From contig JBDRCC010000006.1 in NCBI GenBank assembly GCA_043822065.1, positions 16,578 through 80,577 on the forward strand: DNA of 64,000 bases, written 5' to 3'. The notes under the pieces are model-generated. The model had not been told where the DNA came from. It saw only the letters and a list, made by a program, of their open reading frames with translations, and searched no databases. Shown piece by piece: positions 20,635 to 28,726 of the stretch. Made by a program: the position numbers and the translations under genes. Source of the DNA: an archaeon (GTDB lineage Archaea > Undinarchaeota > CAZHTU01 > JBDRCC01). Within the stretch, counting starts at the first letter, position 1. Each line of letters opens with the position of its first letter.

Positions 20635-22044
20635 TTATTCGTCCGCCGCCCACCTGCCTTTTTTCAGCACCTTGGCAGCCATCTTCGCGCCGTTCCTTTT
20701 CTCGTTATCAAGCTCCCGCGTAATCGTTCTGGGGTCGATGTACCCCCATGTCTTGAGCGCCTGCGCAAGCTCCTTGTGCGTCTTGGCATACTCCTTCGCA
20801 GGGATGCCTTTCACCGTAGCATCTATTGCCTGGCGCATTGACATCGCGCCCTTAACCGTCCCGCCCGGGTGCCCGTGGACGCCGGCGCCTGCCTGGATGT
20901 TCACATCCTTGCCATGGAGCCGTACCAGCGCGTCCACCCTCCCTGCGTCAAGCCCGCCGGAGGCAATGGCCAGCATTGGCTTTATGTGGCTTGCAAATTC
21001 CATTTTCAGCGAGCCGTACTGCAATTTCTCGCCGACTTTCATCTGGTCTGCAATGTCATGGTACCTCTTTATCACAAGCGGCGAGCCCTCCATCTTGCCT
21101 ACTCCCGTTCCGATGTGAAGCTGGTCTATGCCCAGCATCCTGTAGAACTTTTCGTACACCTGGAAGTTTATTCCGTACGAGCCCCTGTTCGGAGCAGCAT
21201 ACCCTGCTCTGTGCCCGTGGGTTGCGAAGCCATATTTCCGCGTCAGCTCAAGGGTGTCCTGCAGCGCGCTCATGCCCATCACGTAAACATCAAGCATCAC
21301 AATGATGTTCTTCTGGAGCCCCATCTCGTTCAGGTAGTCAATCCGCTCGGCCATCCTCGAGTACCTGTCGCTCACGTTGCATGAATAAAGGTGGTTCTGC
21401 CCCGTCTCCCCGCCCGCCTTTTCAATCGCCTTTACGACATTGTGGAGCCTATCCGTCCACCTGCAGAAGTCCTGGTCCACGAGGTTCTCGTCATCCTTGA
21501 CAAGGTCAAGCCCGCCGGCGAATGAATTGTAAGCGACGTTCGCCCACTCCTTCGCGGTAAGCCCGACTTTAGGCTTGACAATGGTTCCGACGTGCGGTCG
21601 CCGGCTCTTTGTGGTCCCTGCCAGCTTTCGTATGCCCTCCAATCCGGCATACGGGCCCTTGAACCACTTCTGGTACTTCTTCGGGAATGCAATGTCAAAG
21701 ACATACAGCTCTTCAAGCTCCTTCAGCCCGAAGAGGTTCCCAAGCACTGACGCCTGAAACTGGCTTACGTTCTTCGCGTCGAAGTGCTCGACAGGATATG
21801 CGACCCAGACAAACCCGCTGTTTTTCGTGACCTTGTCAATCCTGAAAATCCTAGCGCGGTAATGGTCCCAGACGTGCTGGTTCATGGTCGATAATTTCGT
21901 CCACGAGCCGACGCTGCTTTCCGCGGCAATCGCCTCCGCGGTCTTTTCCAGGGTCATCTGGCTCTTTGTCCAGATGAGGACTACGAAGTCGTCCTGTGTT
22001 GGTTTGTACTTTAAGTCGATATAACTGTATCCGCCGTAAGCCAT
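20635..22044 (-). CDS. rbcL: RuBisCO large subunit, form III-like
   Basis: AAESSVGSW, GNLFG, TIVKPKVG, LVKDDE, HGHRAG, HIGTGVGK, ASGG, HGHP. Confidence 0.9.
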   Translation of the reverse strand: MAYGGYSYIDLKYKPTQDDFVVLIWTKSQMTLEKTAEAIAAESSVGSWTKLSTMNQHVWDHYRARIFRIDKVTKNSGFVWVAYPVEHFDAKNVSQFQASVLGNLFGLKELEELYVFDIAFPKKYQKWFKGPYAGLEGIRKLAGTTKSRRPHVGTIVKPKVGLTAKEWANVAYNSFAGGLDLVKDDENLVDQDFCRWTDRLHNVVKAIEKAGGETGQNHLYSCNVSDRYSRMAERIDYLNEMGLQKNIIVMLDVYVMGMSALQDTLELTRKYGFATHGHRAGYAAPNRGSYGINFQVYEKFYRMLGIDQLHIGTGVGKMEGSPLVIKRYHDIADQMKVGEKLQYGSLKMEFASHIKPMLAIASGGLDAGRVDALVRLHGKDVNIQAGAGVHGHPGGTVKGAMSMRQAIDATVKGIPAKEYAKTHKELAQALKTWGYIDPRTITRELDNEKRNGAKMAAKVLKKGRWAADE

Positions 22045-22099
22045 GGTATCACCCCTTACCCTAAATGCTCGAGATTATATAATACTTAATGGCGCGCGC

Positions 22100-23137
22100 C
22101 TATACTGCTAAGTCTTTGTAGGTCCTGACGACTTCCTTCAGCTTCGGCGAGTCAAAAACATCCCGTCCAAGGAACGCGTTGGCGGTCGAGGTGTACATCT
22201 GCCCTATTATCCTCTTCAGCTCAGGGTGCAGCTTCGGCGGCTTGGACCTGCAAAGCGCTTTCCAGTCCGTGACCTTTTTTTCCTCGGCAGCGTTCTTTGC
22301 CTTCTCGACGTCCGAATACCACGCAGTCTTCCTGTAGAATTTCCTTGCCACTTCCTTGCTAACTGGAAGCCCGTTGTATGTAAACCTGCACTCGTCCAGG
22401 GTGCCAAGGATGTCGACGAGCATAAGCTCCCTCATTGGCCCGTAAGCAAGTTCTATCTTTCCATCCTCATTTACGAGGTCTGCCGTCGCCCCAATTTCAG
22501 TTATAAGACCGTTTGCCTTCCGCAGGACGCCCTTGAGTTCGCCAAGCTCGGCATCACTCATGCAAGAAATCTCCTGCGCCTCCTCCCAGGTCATGTACCG
22601 ATCCCTTACTTCAAGCTTTGTGCTCACGTCAAATATAGGATTGTCAAGCACCGCGCCAGGCTTTGGATAGTGGTCCAGCCCAAGCGCCTGGTAGGTCGTG
22701 TCACCCCGTTCAAGCCTCTTGAAAACGCTAGAGCCCTCCGGCAGGCGGTTCCTGTAAATTACCTCAAGCGGAATAAGGAAGTTTTCCAGTTTTGGAGTAT
22801 AAGCTGAATAATCATACCTGCCGCCCTTGAACGGCGGCCTGATGACGTTAACGATTGACACTTCCATCACGTTCGACGGCTCTTCGAGCTCGTCCAGCCT
22901 GTGCGGCTTGCCGTCCTTGCCGACCAAGCCCTTGTAATGCGTTTTAATCCCGCGCCGCTCAATCTCCTCAAAACAGAAGGACCCCATTATGCACAGCGCG
23001 GCGCCCTTGTTCGGGATGTGGTCCGGCATCTCGCCCCAGTCGAACACAGAGTACCTGTCCGAGAAAACAAACCTGCCTACGCCCATCTTCCCCTTAGTGG
23101 GCTTTTTCAGAATTTGAAGGTCCTTTACGCTTCCCAT
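22100..23137 (-). CDS. purC: SAICAR synthetase (long archaeal type)
   Basis: MGSVKDL, FSDRYSVFDWG, IPLEVIYRN, STKLE, DGKIE, GTLDECRF. Confidence 0.93.
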   Translation of the reverse strand: MGSVKDLQILKKPTKGKMGVGRFVFSDRYSVFDWGEMPDHIPNKGAALCIMGSFCFEEIERRGIKTHYKGLVGKDGKPHRLDELEEPSNVMEVSIVNVIRPPFKGGRYDYSAYTPKLENFLIPLEVIYRNRLPEGSSVFKRLERGDTTYQALGLDHYPKPGAVLDNPIFDVSTKLEVRDRYMTWEEAQEISCMSDAELGELKGVLRKANGLITEIGATADLVNEDGKIELAYGPMRELMLVDILGTLDECRFTYNGLPVSKEVARKFYRKTAWYSDVEKAKNAAEEKKVTDWKALCRSKPPKLHPELKRIIGQMYTSTANAFLGRDVFDSPKLKEVVRTYKDLAV

Positions 23138-23177
23138 CGGCTTTCCTAAGAATCAGGGATATAAATAGATTTACTCA

Positions 23178-23227
23178 AACAAAAAGCGAGAGGCGGCAGT
23201 TCCCCGAATAAATGGGGCTTACTACAC
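23178..23227 (+). repeat. rnpB-3'-end-derived repeat R1
   Basis: CGAGAGGCGGCAGTTCCCCGAATAAATGGGGCTTACTACAC; core 23195-23224. Confidence 0.9.
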
Positions 23228-23250
23228 AAAAATACTTCTTCTGGATAAAA

Positions 23251-23682
23251 CTAGCCGGTGTTCTTTTTCAATTCGTTTTTGATTTTCGGCAGAAATTCTG
23301 TTAGGAACTCCAGTGCATCCTGGCATTCAGCAATGCTCACCGCTTCGGCGCTGTAAATGGCGTTGTTTCTCAACTTTCTTAATCTGTCAAAGGTTTCAGC
23401 ATCCTGGTTGGGGATCTCTGTGAACTCCTTTAGGAATGCCACGAGAACTGTGTGGGAATACGGCTTGTACCCTACGTTAGACATCAACGCCTGAACGGCC
23501 TCACGCATGCACTCATAGATGTCTTCGAAAATGAAGTCAGCGTTTTCTTCTGAAATCTCTTGAGTCTTTATATATTTCAAACGATTACTCGCTTTCGTAA
23601 TAAGGGAGTTTGCTTCTGCAGGGTCCGCTGTTTTTCTTACTACTTCCTGTTTGTCCAGATAGTACTCAAATTCCTCTATCAT
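23251..23682 (-). CDS. HEPN-domain protein (toxin of MNT-HEPN pair)
   Basis: IYECMREAVQAL...GYKPYSH...FDRLRKLRNNAIY. Confidence 0.8.
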   Translation of the reverse strand: MIEEFEYYLDKQEVVRKTADPAEANSLITKASNRLKYIKTQEISEENADFIFEDIYECMREAVQALMSNVGYKPYSHTVLVAFLKEFTEIPNQDAETFDRLRKLRNNAIYSAEAVSIAECQDALEFLTEFLPKIKNELKKNTG

Positions 23683-24209
23683 CTTAGCGCTCTTAGATAT
23701 CCGCTCAAAACTACTCCATTCGCCAGGTCATTTAGGAACTCTGGGTTTGACTTGCTGAGGTCCACGTCATGTATGTTTATTTTCCGTCCTAGAATCCCCT
23801 CAAACTTCTTTGCACTAAACTCAATGCTCCTTTTTGTCACAATTGCCAAATCAACATCACTCTTTATAGTGTCCTCGCCGCGCGAGTAGGAGCCAAAAAG
23901 CACAACTGCCTCTGGCTCATTGTACTTTCTTACAATTTCTGAGACAAGTCCAGACCTTTGAAGCATATATAAATTGAAAAACCTCTTGAGGGGGAAAAAC
24001 TCGCCACCGTCAAAATCTGGATAATAGTTCAGTACTGCTTTTCCCCTCTCAGACTTCAGAATTTTCTCAGATTCGAGCTTCTTTAGAATGCTGGAAACAG
24101 CAGGAAGTGACAAGCCAGTGAGCCGGCTTAATTCACGAATATGAAACTTCCCAGTGGGATTATTAAAGAACGGTTTCAATAGCTTAAACCGGTTATCTTT
24201 TTCTAACAT
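23679..24209 (-). CDS. wHTH-minimal nucleotidyltransferase (MNT antitoxin)
   Basis: FHIRELSRLTGLS HTH; LFGSYSRGED...SDVDL; ATGA overlap with the HEPN gene. Confidence 0.88.
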   Translation of the reverse strand: MLEKDNRFKLLKPFFNNPTGKFHIRELSRLTGLSLPAVSSILKKLESEKILKSERGKAVLNYYPDFDGGEFFPLKRFFNLYMLQRSGLVSEIVRKYNEPEAVVLFGSYSRGEDTIKSDVDLAIVTKRSIEFSAKKFEGILGRKINIHDVDLSKSNPEFLNDLANGVVLSGYLRALR

Positions 24210-24211
24210 CT

Positions 24212-24249
24212 GTTATAAAATAGTAACAAGTGTTATATAAACCTAACGG
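24212..24249 (-). promoter_or_regulatory. TATA promoter overlapped by two TGTTA-N8-TAAC inverted repeats (putative autoregulatory operators)
   Basis: TGTTATAAAATAGTAACA and TGTTATATAAACCTAACG; TTTATATA on the minus strand. Confidence 0.6.
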
Positions 24250-24263
24250 TTGAAGTAACACGA

Positions 24264-24323
24264 GCTCCCGTTGCATGCGAGAGTAAACGGGGGCAGTTCC
24301 CAAATAAATGGGGCTTACTATAC
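24264..24323 (+). repeat. rnpB-3'-end-derived repeat R2
   Basis: GCTCCCGTTGCATGCGAGAGTAAACGGGGGCAGTTCCCAAATAAATGGGGCTTACTATAC. Confidence 0.9.
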
Positions 24324-24382
24324 ACTCGCAGAGGGCGATTAACTAACAGTCCAAATCCATTCCTTGTTGTTTTTATTTCACC

Positions 24383-24928
24383 TCAATCGAAGTAGTTTTC
24401 AGGTTTTAGTCTTTCTGCGGCAGCTGTTTGTTCCTTTTTCATTCTTCTGATGTTTTTTCTGCCAATCTCTTTTATACCATCTTTCATTAACTCTTCATAG
24501 CCCTCCGTGTCAAGTTCGAGGTAGCAAAGTCTGCCATCATAGGCAACAATTCTATATCCTAACTTAAGGTGCAGAAAAGTAGAAGCGTCGAAGTCCTCGG
24601 TCTCTCTTTTGACTTTGGATACGGCAGCTATGACTCTGCGAACTCCATATTTCCCATATAGGCATTTTAGAACTTGGAATTCAAAGGACTGACCACAGCG
24701 TCTCCCCTTGAATTTTATGTGCAGCCCATGGATAAATGCAATGTTCCCGTCTAGGGTACACATTATCTCTCCGACTTGATTTTCTTCGTTGTGCTTGCCC
24801 TTCTCATAAAACAAAAACTGAATAGTTTTTGTAAGGCCCTTTCGACAATAAGGATAGTCTACTGGGAAGGGGCGCTGGTACATAATCAAAAGCATTCTTT
24901 CCTTGGAGTTTATTTTTATCTCTTCCAT
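24383..24928 (-). CDS. Hypothetical protein, possibly GNAT-like fold
   Basis: AFIHGLHIKFKGRRCG...LGYRIV resembles GNAT motifs A/B; AT-rich. Confidence 0.55.
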   Translation of the reverse strand: MEEIKINSKERMLLIMYQRPFPVDYPYCRKGLTKTIQFLFYEKGKHNEENQVGEIMCTLDGNIAFIHGLHIKFKGRRCGQSFEFQVLKCLYGKYGVRRVIAAVSKVKRETEDFDASTFLHLKLGYRIVAYDGRLCYLELDTEGYEELMKDGIKEIGRKNIRRMKKEQTAAAERLKPENYFD

Positions 24929-25087
24929 CTTATATCAATGCCCTTCCTGCTCCACATCGCATCATTTTTGAGCATGACTTTTCTGATGCTTTCTCCTTAT
25001 AAAAATGTAAGCGCCGGGCGCGGGAGCATAACCAGCAGTTCAAACCACATAATTGATACGAAACAGTAAGCCGGTAAAATGAGCTTA

Positions 25088-25429
25088 CTAACCTGCTAAC
25101 AGCTTTACTACCTCTAGCACAATTATTACTGGTAGCAAATAGAAAACAATACTGCCCAAAACAATATGCCCAATCAACGACTTAATCAGGAGTATTCCAG
25201 CAATCAGCCCTACTGCTACTGCTGGCAGTCCGATTGGCGACATTCCGTGGTGGACAACATGGATTACTTGTGCAAGTATTAGCAGCATGCCCAACGCCCA
25301 CAGCGCTGCTATGTTCGGAGTCGCACTTGAAATGTGGACCTTGAAAATCAGGCCAGCAAGTATTACCAAAAGAGTTGACGGAAGCACACATACTGGGTCT
25401 ATATGGCCCCTATTTGACATTTTAAACAT
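25088..25429 (-). CDS. Small His-containing 4-TM membrane protein
   Basis: Hydrophobic segments with GH and HVVHHG; divergent from the Fur gene. Confidence 0.65.
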   Translation of the reverse strand: MFKMSNRGHIDPVCVLPSTLLVILAGLIFKVHISSATPNIAALWALGMLLILAQVIHVVHHGMSPIGLPAVAVGLIAGILLIKSLIGHIVLGSIVFYLLPVIIVLEVVKLLAG

Positions 25430-25460
25430 AAGTTCAATTTGTCAGATATATTTAAATATG

Positions 25461-25483
25461 TTATTGATTTCCATTATCAATAA
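25461..25483. promoter_or_regulatory. Fur/Zur-box-like operator
   Basis: Perfect 8-7-8 inverted repeat TTATTGAT-TTCCATT-ATCAATAA between a TATA (TTTAAATA) and the fur start. Confidence 0.7.
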
Positions 25484-25487
25484 GCAA

Positions 25488-25856
25488 ATGCCAAGAAAAA
25501 CTAGGCAGAAAGAGCTCCTCCTGTCAGAGGTGGAAAAACTTGATGTCATCTTCTCTGCAGATGACCTGTTCAAGCTGGCTAGGGAAAAGGACACAAAGAT
25601 TGGGATTGCAACGGTATACCGCTTTCTTAGAAACCTAATGGCAAAGCAGCAGCTCCATTCCTACCTATGCAACCGGCGCATGGTATACTCCAAGGATATG
25701 AACAGCCACTGCCACTTTATATGCCAAAAATGCGGAAAAGTTGCTCACTTCAAAGTTGAGGATATCGGATTTATAAAAGAGAAAATAGACGGCCAGCTCT
25801 GCCATTTCCAGATAGATGTGCACGGGCTCTGCAGAGGCTGTCTAAAAGCCGAGTAG
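25488..25856 (+). CDS. Fur/Zur family metalloregulator
   Basis: IGIATVYRFL, HCHFICQKCG, HGLCRGC. ATG at 25488. Confidence 0.9.
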   Translation: MPRKTRQKELLLSEVEKLDVIFSADDLFKLAREKDTKIGIATVYRFLRNLMAKQQLHSYLCNRRMVYSKDMNSHCHFICQKCGKVAHFKVEDIGFIKEKIDGQLCHFQIDVHGLCRGCLKAE

Positions 25857-25870
25857 ATATTTTTTGCATG

Positions 25871-25940
25871 GCAAGCCCCTTAGCATGTGAAAGTAAAATC
25901 GAGAGGGGGCAGTCCCCCGACTAAATGGGGCTTACTATAC
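25871..25940 (+). repeat. rnpB-3'-end-derived repeat R3 (longest copy)
   Basis: GCAAGCCCCTTAGCATGTGAAAGTAAAATCGAGAGGGGGCAGTCCCCCGACTAAATGGGGCTTACTATAC. Confidence 0.92.
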
Positions 25941-25961
25941 AAATCCTTAACGACATGAAGA

Positions 25962-26507
25962 TTATTCTCCAGATTCGGTTAGAAGAGCATCAATTTTATC
26001 TACGAAATCATTTGCGTCCTTTACCAATAAATCTGCTGCCTCTCTTTCTATCCCCACTTCAGCCGAGTACTGCGCAGTTTCCCTTTCCCTCCTTGCTCGC
26101 CGGAGCTTCATGACATACTCTTCTTCAAGTTTTTTCGCCTCTCTCAGCGTCTCAAGGTGCTTCTTCTCCAGCAGCCCTTTTCTGACATAATAGCACTCGA
26201 GGGCCATACTCGTAGCGGCATGATTCTTGCTCCAGAAACCCAATTTACCTATCGCCGCTAAAGCGGCATGGTACATGGCGTAGTAGGAACAGACGACAAC
26301 CCAGTCGTTAGCTTTGAAATCGTGAAGCTTGAGAATATCCTGCGCATTCTTAGACTTGTCCAGCAATCTTAGAACCTTTGCAACCAACAGATTATGTCTT
26401 GCTTTTTCTATGTGGTTTGGAACTAACCTCGCAATGTGAAATCCTTTTCCGAACGTACCTTCTTCTTCAAACTTCCTAAGTTTTTTCTTAAGCTCTTCCG
26501 CTTTCAT
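25962..26507 (-). CDS. HEPN-domain protein
   Basis: DWVVVCSYYAMYHAALA, SKNH, RRERETAQY. Confidence 0.87.
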   Translation of the reverse strand: MKAEELKKKLRKFEEEGTFGKGFHIARLVPNHIEKARHNLLVAKVLRLLDKSKNAQDILKLHDFKANDWVVVCSYYAMYHAALAAIGKLGFWSKNHAATSMALECYYVRKGLLEKKHLETLREAKKLEEEYVMKLRRARRERETAQYSAEVGIEREAADLLVKDANDFVDKIDALLTESGE

Positions 26508-27127
26508 AACTTCACCTCGAACACAATATCCCAAAATCTCTTATGGCCAAAAATAATTATGCCATCTGTCAACGCTTCGGTACCGACAGTGGATGTTTCA
26601 GAGGCAAGCATTTTTTTCATACTTTCCAAATCTGCGACAACAGTCGAAATACTCTTGCCATAGCGCATCTCTATAGTACTTGCAATTCTATCAACCACCC
26701 CCTTATCCTTTAACGAGGACGATAGAGTGAGCAAATCAATATCACTTCTTTCGGTTCCCCCCCCTCTCGCATATGAGCCAAACAACACAACAGACTGTAG
26801 TCGTTCGCCAAGTTCTTCTTTAACGCCTGATAAAAATTCGTCAACTATTTTCCCTGCACTTGACTTTCTCCCAAAGAGCTCCTCCCGCTCTTCTTCCGTG
26901 AGGAGGGACAGATAAGTCTTAGTTTTTTCAGTGTCCTTCAAGCCAATTTCATACGCCTTTCCAACTCTATTCTTCCCAAGGACCCCTTCCGCGACCAAAG
27001 AGTTAACATGCCGGTGCGTCGGCTCATATGATAATCCAATTCTTTCCGAAAGTTCGCGGATAGTGTAAGTCGCACCAATGTCCCTTCTGTAAGCTTTCAA
27101 TACTCTAAAGATGTTTTCTAACTTCAT
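26504..27127 (-). CDS. wHTH-minimal nucleotidyltransferase
   Basis: TIRELSERIGLSY HTH; LFGSYARG...SDIDL. ATG at 27127. Confidence 0.88.
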   Translation of the reverse strand: MKLENIFRVLKAYRRDIGATYTIRELSERIGLSYEPTHRHVNSLVAEGVLGKNRVGKAYEIGLKDTEKTKTYLSLLTEEEREELFGRKSSAGKIVDEFLSGVKEELGERLQSVVLFGSYARGGGTERSDIDLLTLSSSLKDKGVVDRIASTIEMRYGKSISTVVADLESMKKMLASETSTVGTEALTDGIIIFGHKRFWDIVFEVKL

Positions 27128-27164
27128 ATTGGATTTTCCAATAATGTTATTGGATTTCCAAATA
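27127..27164. promoter_or_regulatory. Tandem operator palindromes upstream of the MNT gene
   Basis: TATTGGA-TTT-TCCAATA plus a second near-copy TATTGGATTTCCAAATA overlapping the TATA. Confidence 0.65.
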
Positions 27165-27182
27165 TAAACTTTTCGCTCCATG

Positions 27183-27219
27183 AAATCAAGGGGCAGTTCC
27201 CCGAACAAATGGGGCTTAC
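27183..27219 (+). repeat. rnpB-3'-end-derived repeat R4
   Basis: AAATCAAGGGGCAGTTCCCCGAACAAATGGGGCTTAC. Confidence 0.9.
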
Positions 27220-27246
27220 CTAACAGTCAAAGTCCATCTGCCGGAT

Positions 27247-27695
27247 TTACTCTATCCTGTCAATTAGGTCTGAGATGTCCTGTGCGTGTTTCTTCTTCCC
27301 TGCGATAAGGGTATGGAACGTGTCCCTTTGCAGCTTGCTGGAAGCAAGGCGTGCGCCCTTTTCATACATCTCTGCCGCCTTTACCTCTCCTATCAATCCT
27401 TCAGTCAGTTTCGCGACAAGTTTTGAGGTGGCAGGGGTGGCGCGTTTCACCTTTTTGCCAAAGAACTCACGGGATAATAGTTCCAGTACCTTGACATGCT
27501 GCTCACTCTCCGCAATAATCTTTTCAACGATAGCTCGTGCACTCTTTTTGTTTTCTGCGGGGATGTTCGCCCCCCCCCCAGTTCGGTTAACAGTTTTTTG
27601 TAGAAATCTATGGACGATAATTCCCCCGTTATAGCGACTTTGTTGATTAGTGTGATTAATTCTTTGTCCTGAATTCTCTTTTTGTAGTCCATCAT
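27247..27695 (-). pseudogene. Ferritin-like four-helix protein, frameshifted at a G10 tract
   Basis: GELSSIDFY (one frame) joins ESEQH...GEVKAAEMYE...KKKH (another frame) across the C10 run at 27570-27579. Confidence 0.65.
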
Positions 27696-27806
27696 CTTTA
27701 GCCCCCCCTTTTTTTTGGGCATATCCCCTTAAGAAAAACAAGTATTTAACACATACGTCTAAACAAACAAAGCCCTAAAATTAAGTAAAGATGCGCCGAG
27801 GGGGCG

Positions 27807-28586
27807 TCATCCTTTTTCACGCAAGGCTTGATTTAACCAGTCAGAGGCATACTCCGCTATTTCTTGCCAGCCCGGTTCCCCAATGACCCAGTGGGCATGG
27901 TTCGCGAATTCCTTGTAAGTTGAAACAGCCTTATATTTATCTGCAACTTTCCGAACAACTGAAGCAGGAGTGATCCTATCCTCGGCTCCGGCAACAACCA
28001 GAACAGGACAAGTAACCTTTGATTCATCAACGTTTGCCGCCCCCTTGGAATCAAGAAGCCAGAATCCGATTTCGTATGCTGCCCGCCCTGACTCGTAAAC
28101 AAATTTGTCAAAAGCCTCCTTTTGCTCATCGGCCGTGAGTAAATGCATCATCGAATACGCCGCATCATCAAAACCTTGCCGCATTGGCTTTCTCCAAAAG
28201 CCCCATTTTGTGAATACGCCCCAAAAACTTTTTATCACCGATGGCGTTAAGGCTATAATCCCCCGTGGTGATGCGGGAGTTAACAAAACAAGGGCTTTAG
28301 CCAATCCCCGGCTCCCAAGGATTTGTGCGAGAAGCCCGCCCATTGAGTGTCCCATCAGGATAGGGGTCGCGTCAAGCTCTCTAATTTTGTTCTCAAGGTC
28401 TTCAGCATAATCCAATATGCTGGTTGTTCCCAATAGGGGATTGGGGGTTTCACCCGGGCCCATATCATGAAAGCGCAGAGTGGGGTTAATACAATGATAA
28501 CCATTCTCCTCGAAAAATTTCTTGTAGTTCTCCCAACACCATCCGCCACCCCACATACCATGAATCATTATTATTGTTTCAGTCAT
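27807..28586 (-). CDS. Alpha/beta hydrolase
   Basis: IHGMWGG, GHSMGG nucleophile elbow, ED, HAHW; GGAGG RBS upstream. Confidence 0.9.
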   Translation of the reverse strand: MTETIIMIHGMWGGGWCWENYKKFFEENGYHCINPTLRFHDMGPGETPNPLLGTTSILDYAEDLENKIRELDATPILMGHSMGGLLAQILGSRGLAKALVLLTPASPRGIIALTPSVIKSFWGVFTKWGFWRKPMRQGFDDAAYSMMHLLTADEQKEAFDKFVYESGRAAYEIGFWLLDSKGAANVDESKVTCPVLVVAGAEDRITPASVVRKVADKYKAVSTYKEFANHAHWVIGEPGWQEIAEYASDWLNQALREKG

Positions 28587-28726
28587 GATTTGCCTCCGTT
28601 CGTTCAGCAATTTTGCATAATGCCCTATGCAGATATTTTTATATGCAATTGTTTATATAAAATATATTTGGTCACTACTGAACCTTTTCCTACGGTAAGC
28701 CCCACCTATTGTGCGAAAGTAAAATC

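Noticed and set aside
25871-25940. Group II intron domain V/VI remnant (GAAAG...GAGAGGGGG...CTTACTATAC)
   Set aside because: The DV stem and catalytic bulge cannot be formed, and the same bases match the rnpB 3' flank directly.
23178-27238. CRISPR array or classical integron attC reading of the repeats
   Set aside because: Spacing exceeds 1 kb and contains genes, so not CRISPR. There is no consistent RYYYAAC...GTTRRRY pair around the repeats, and ACCTAAC at 24241 is better explained as an operator half-site. No intI in the window.
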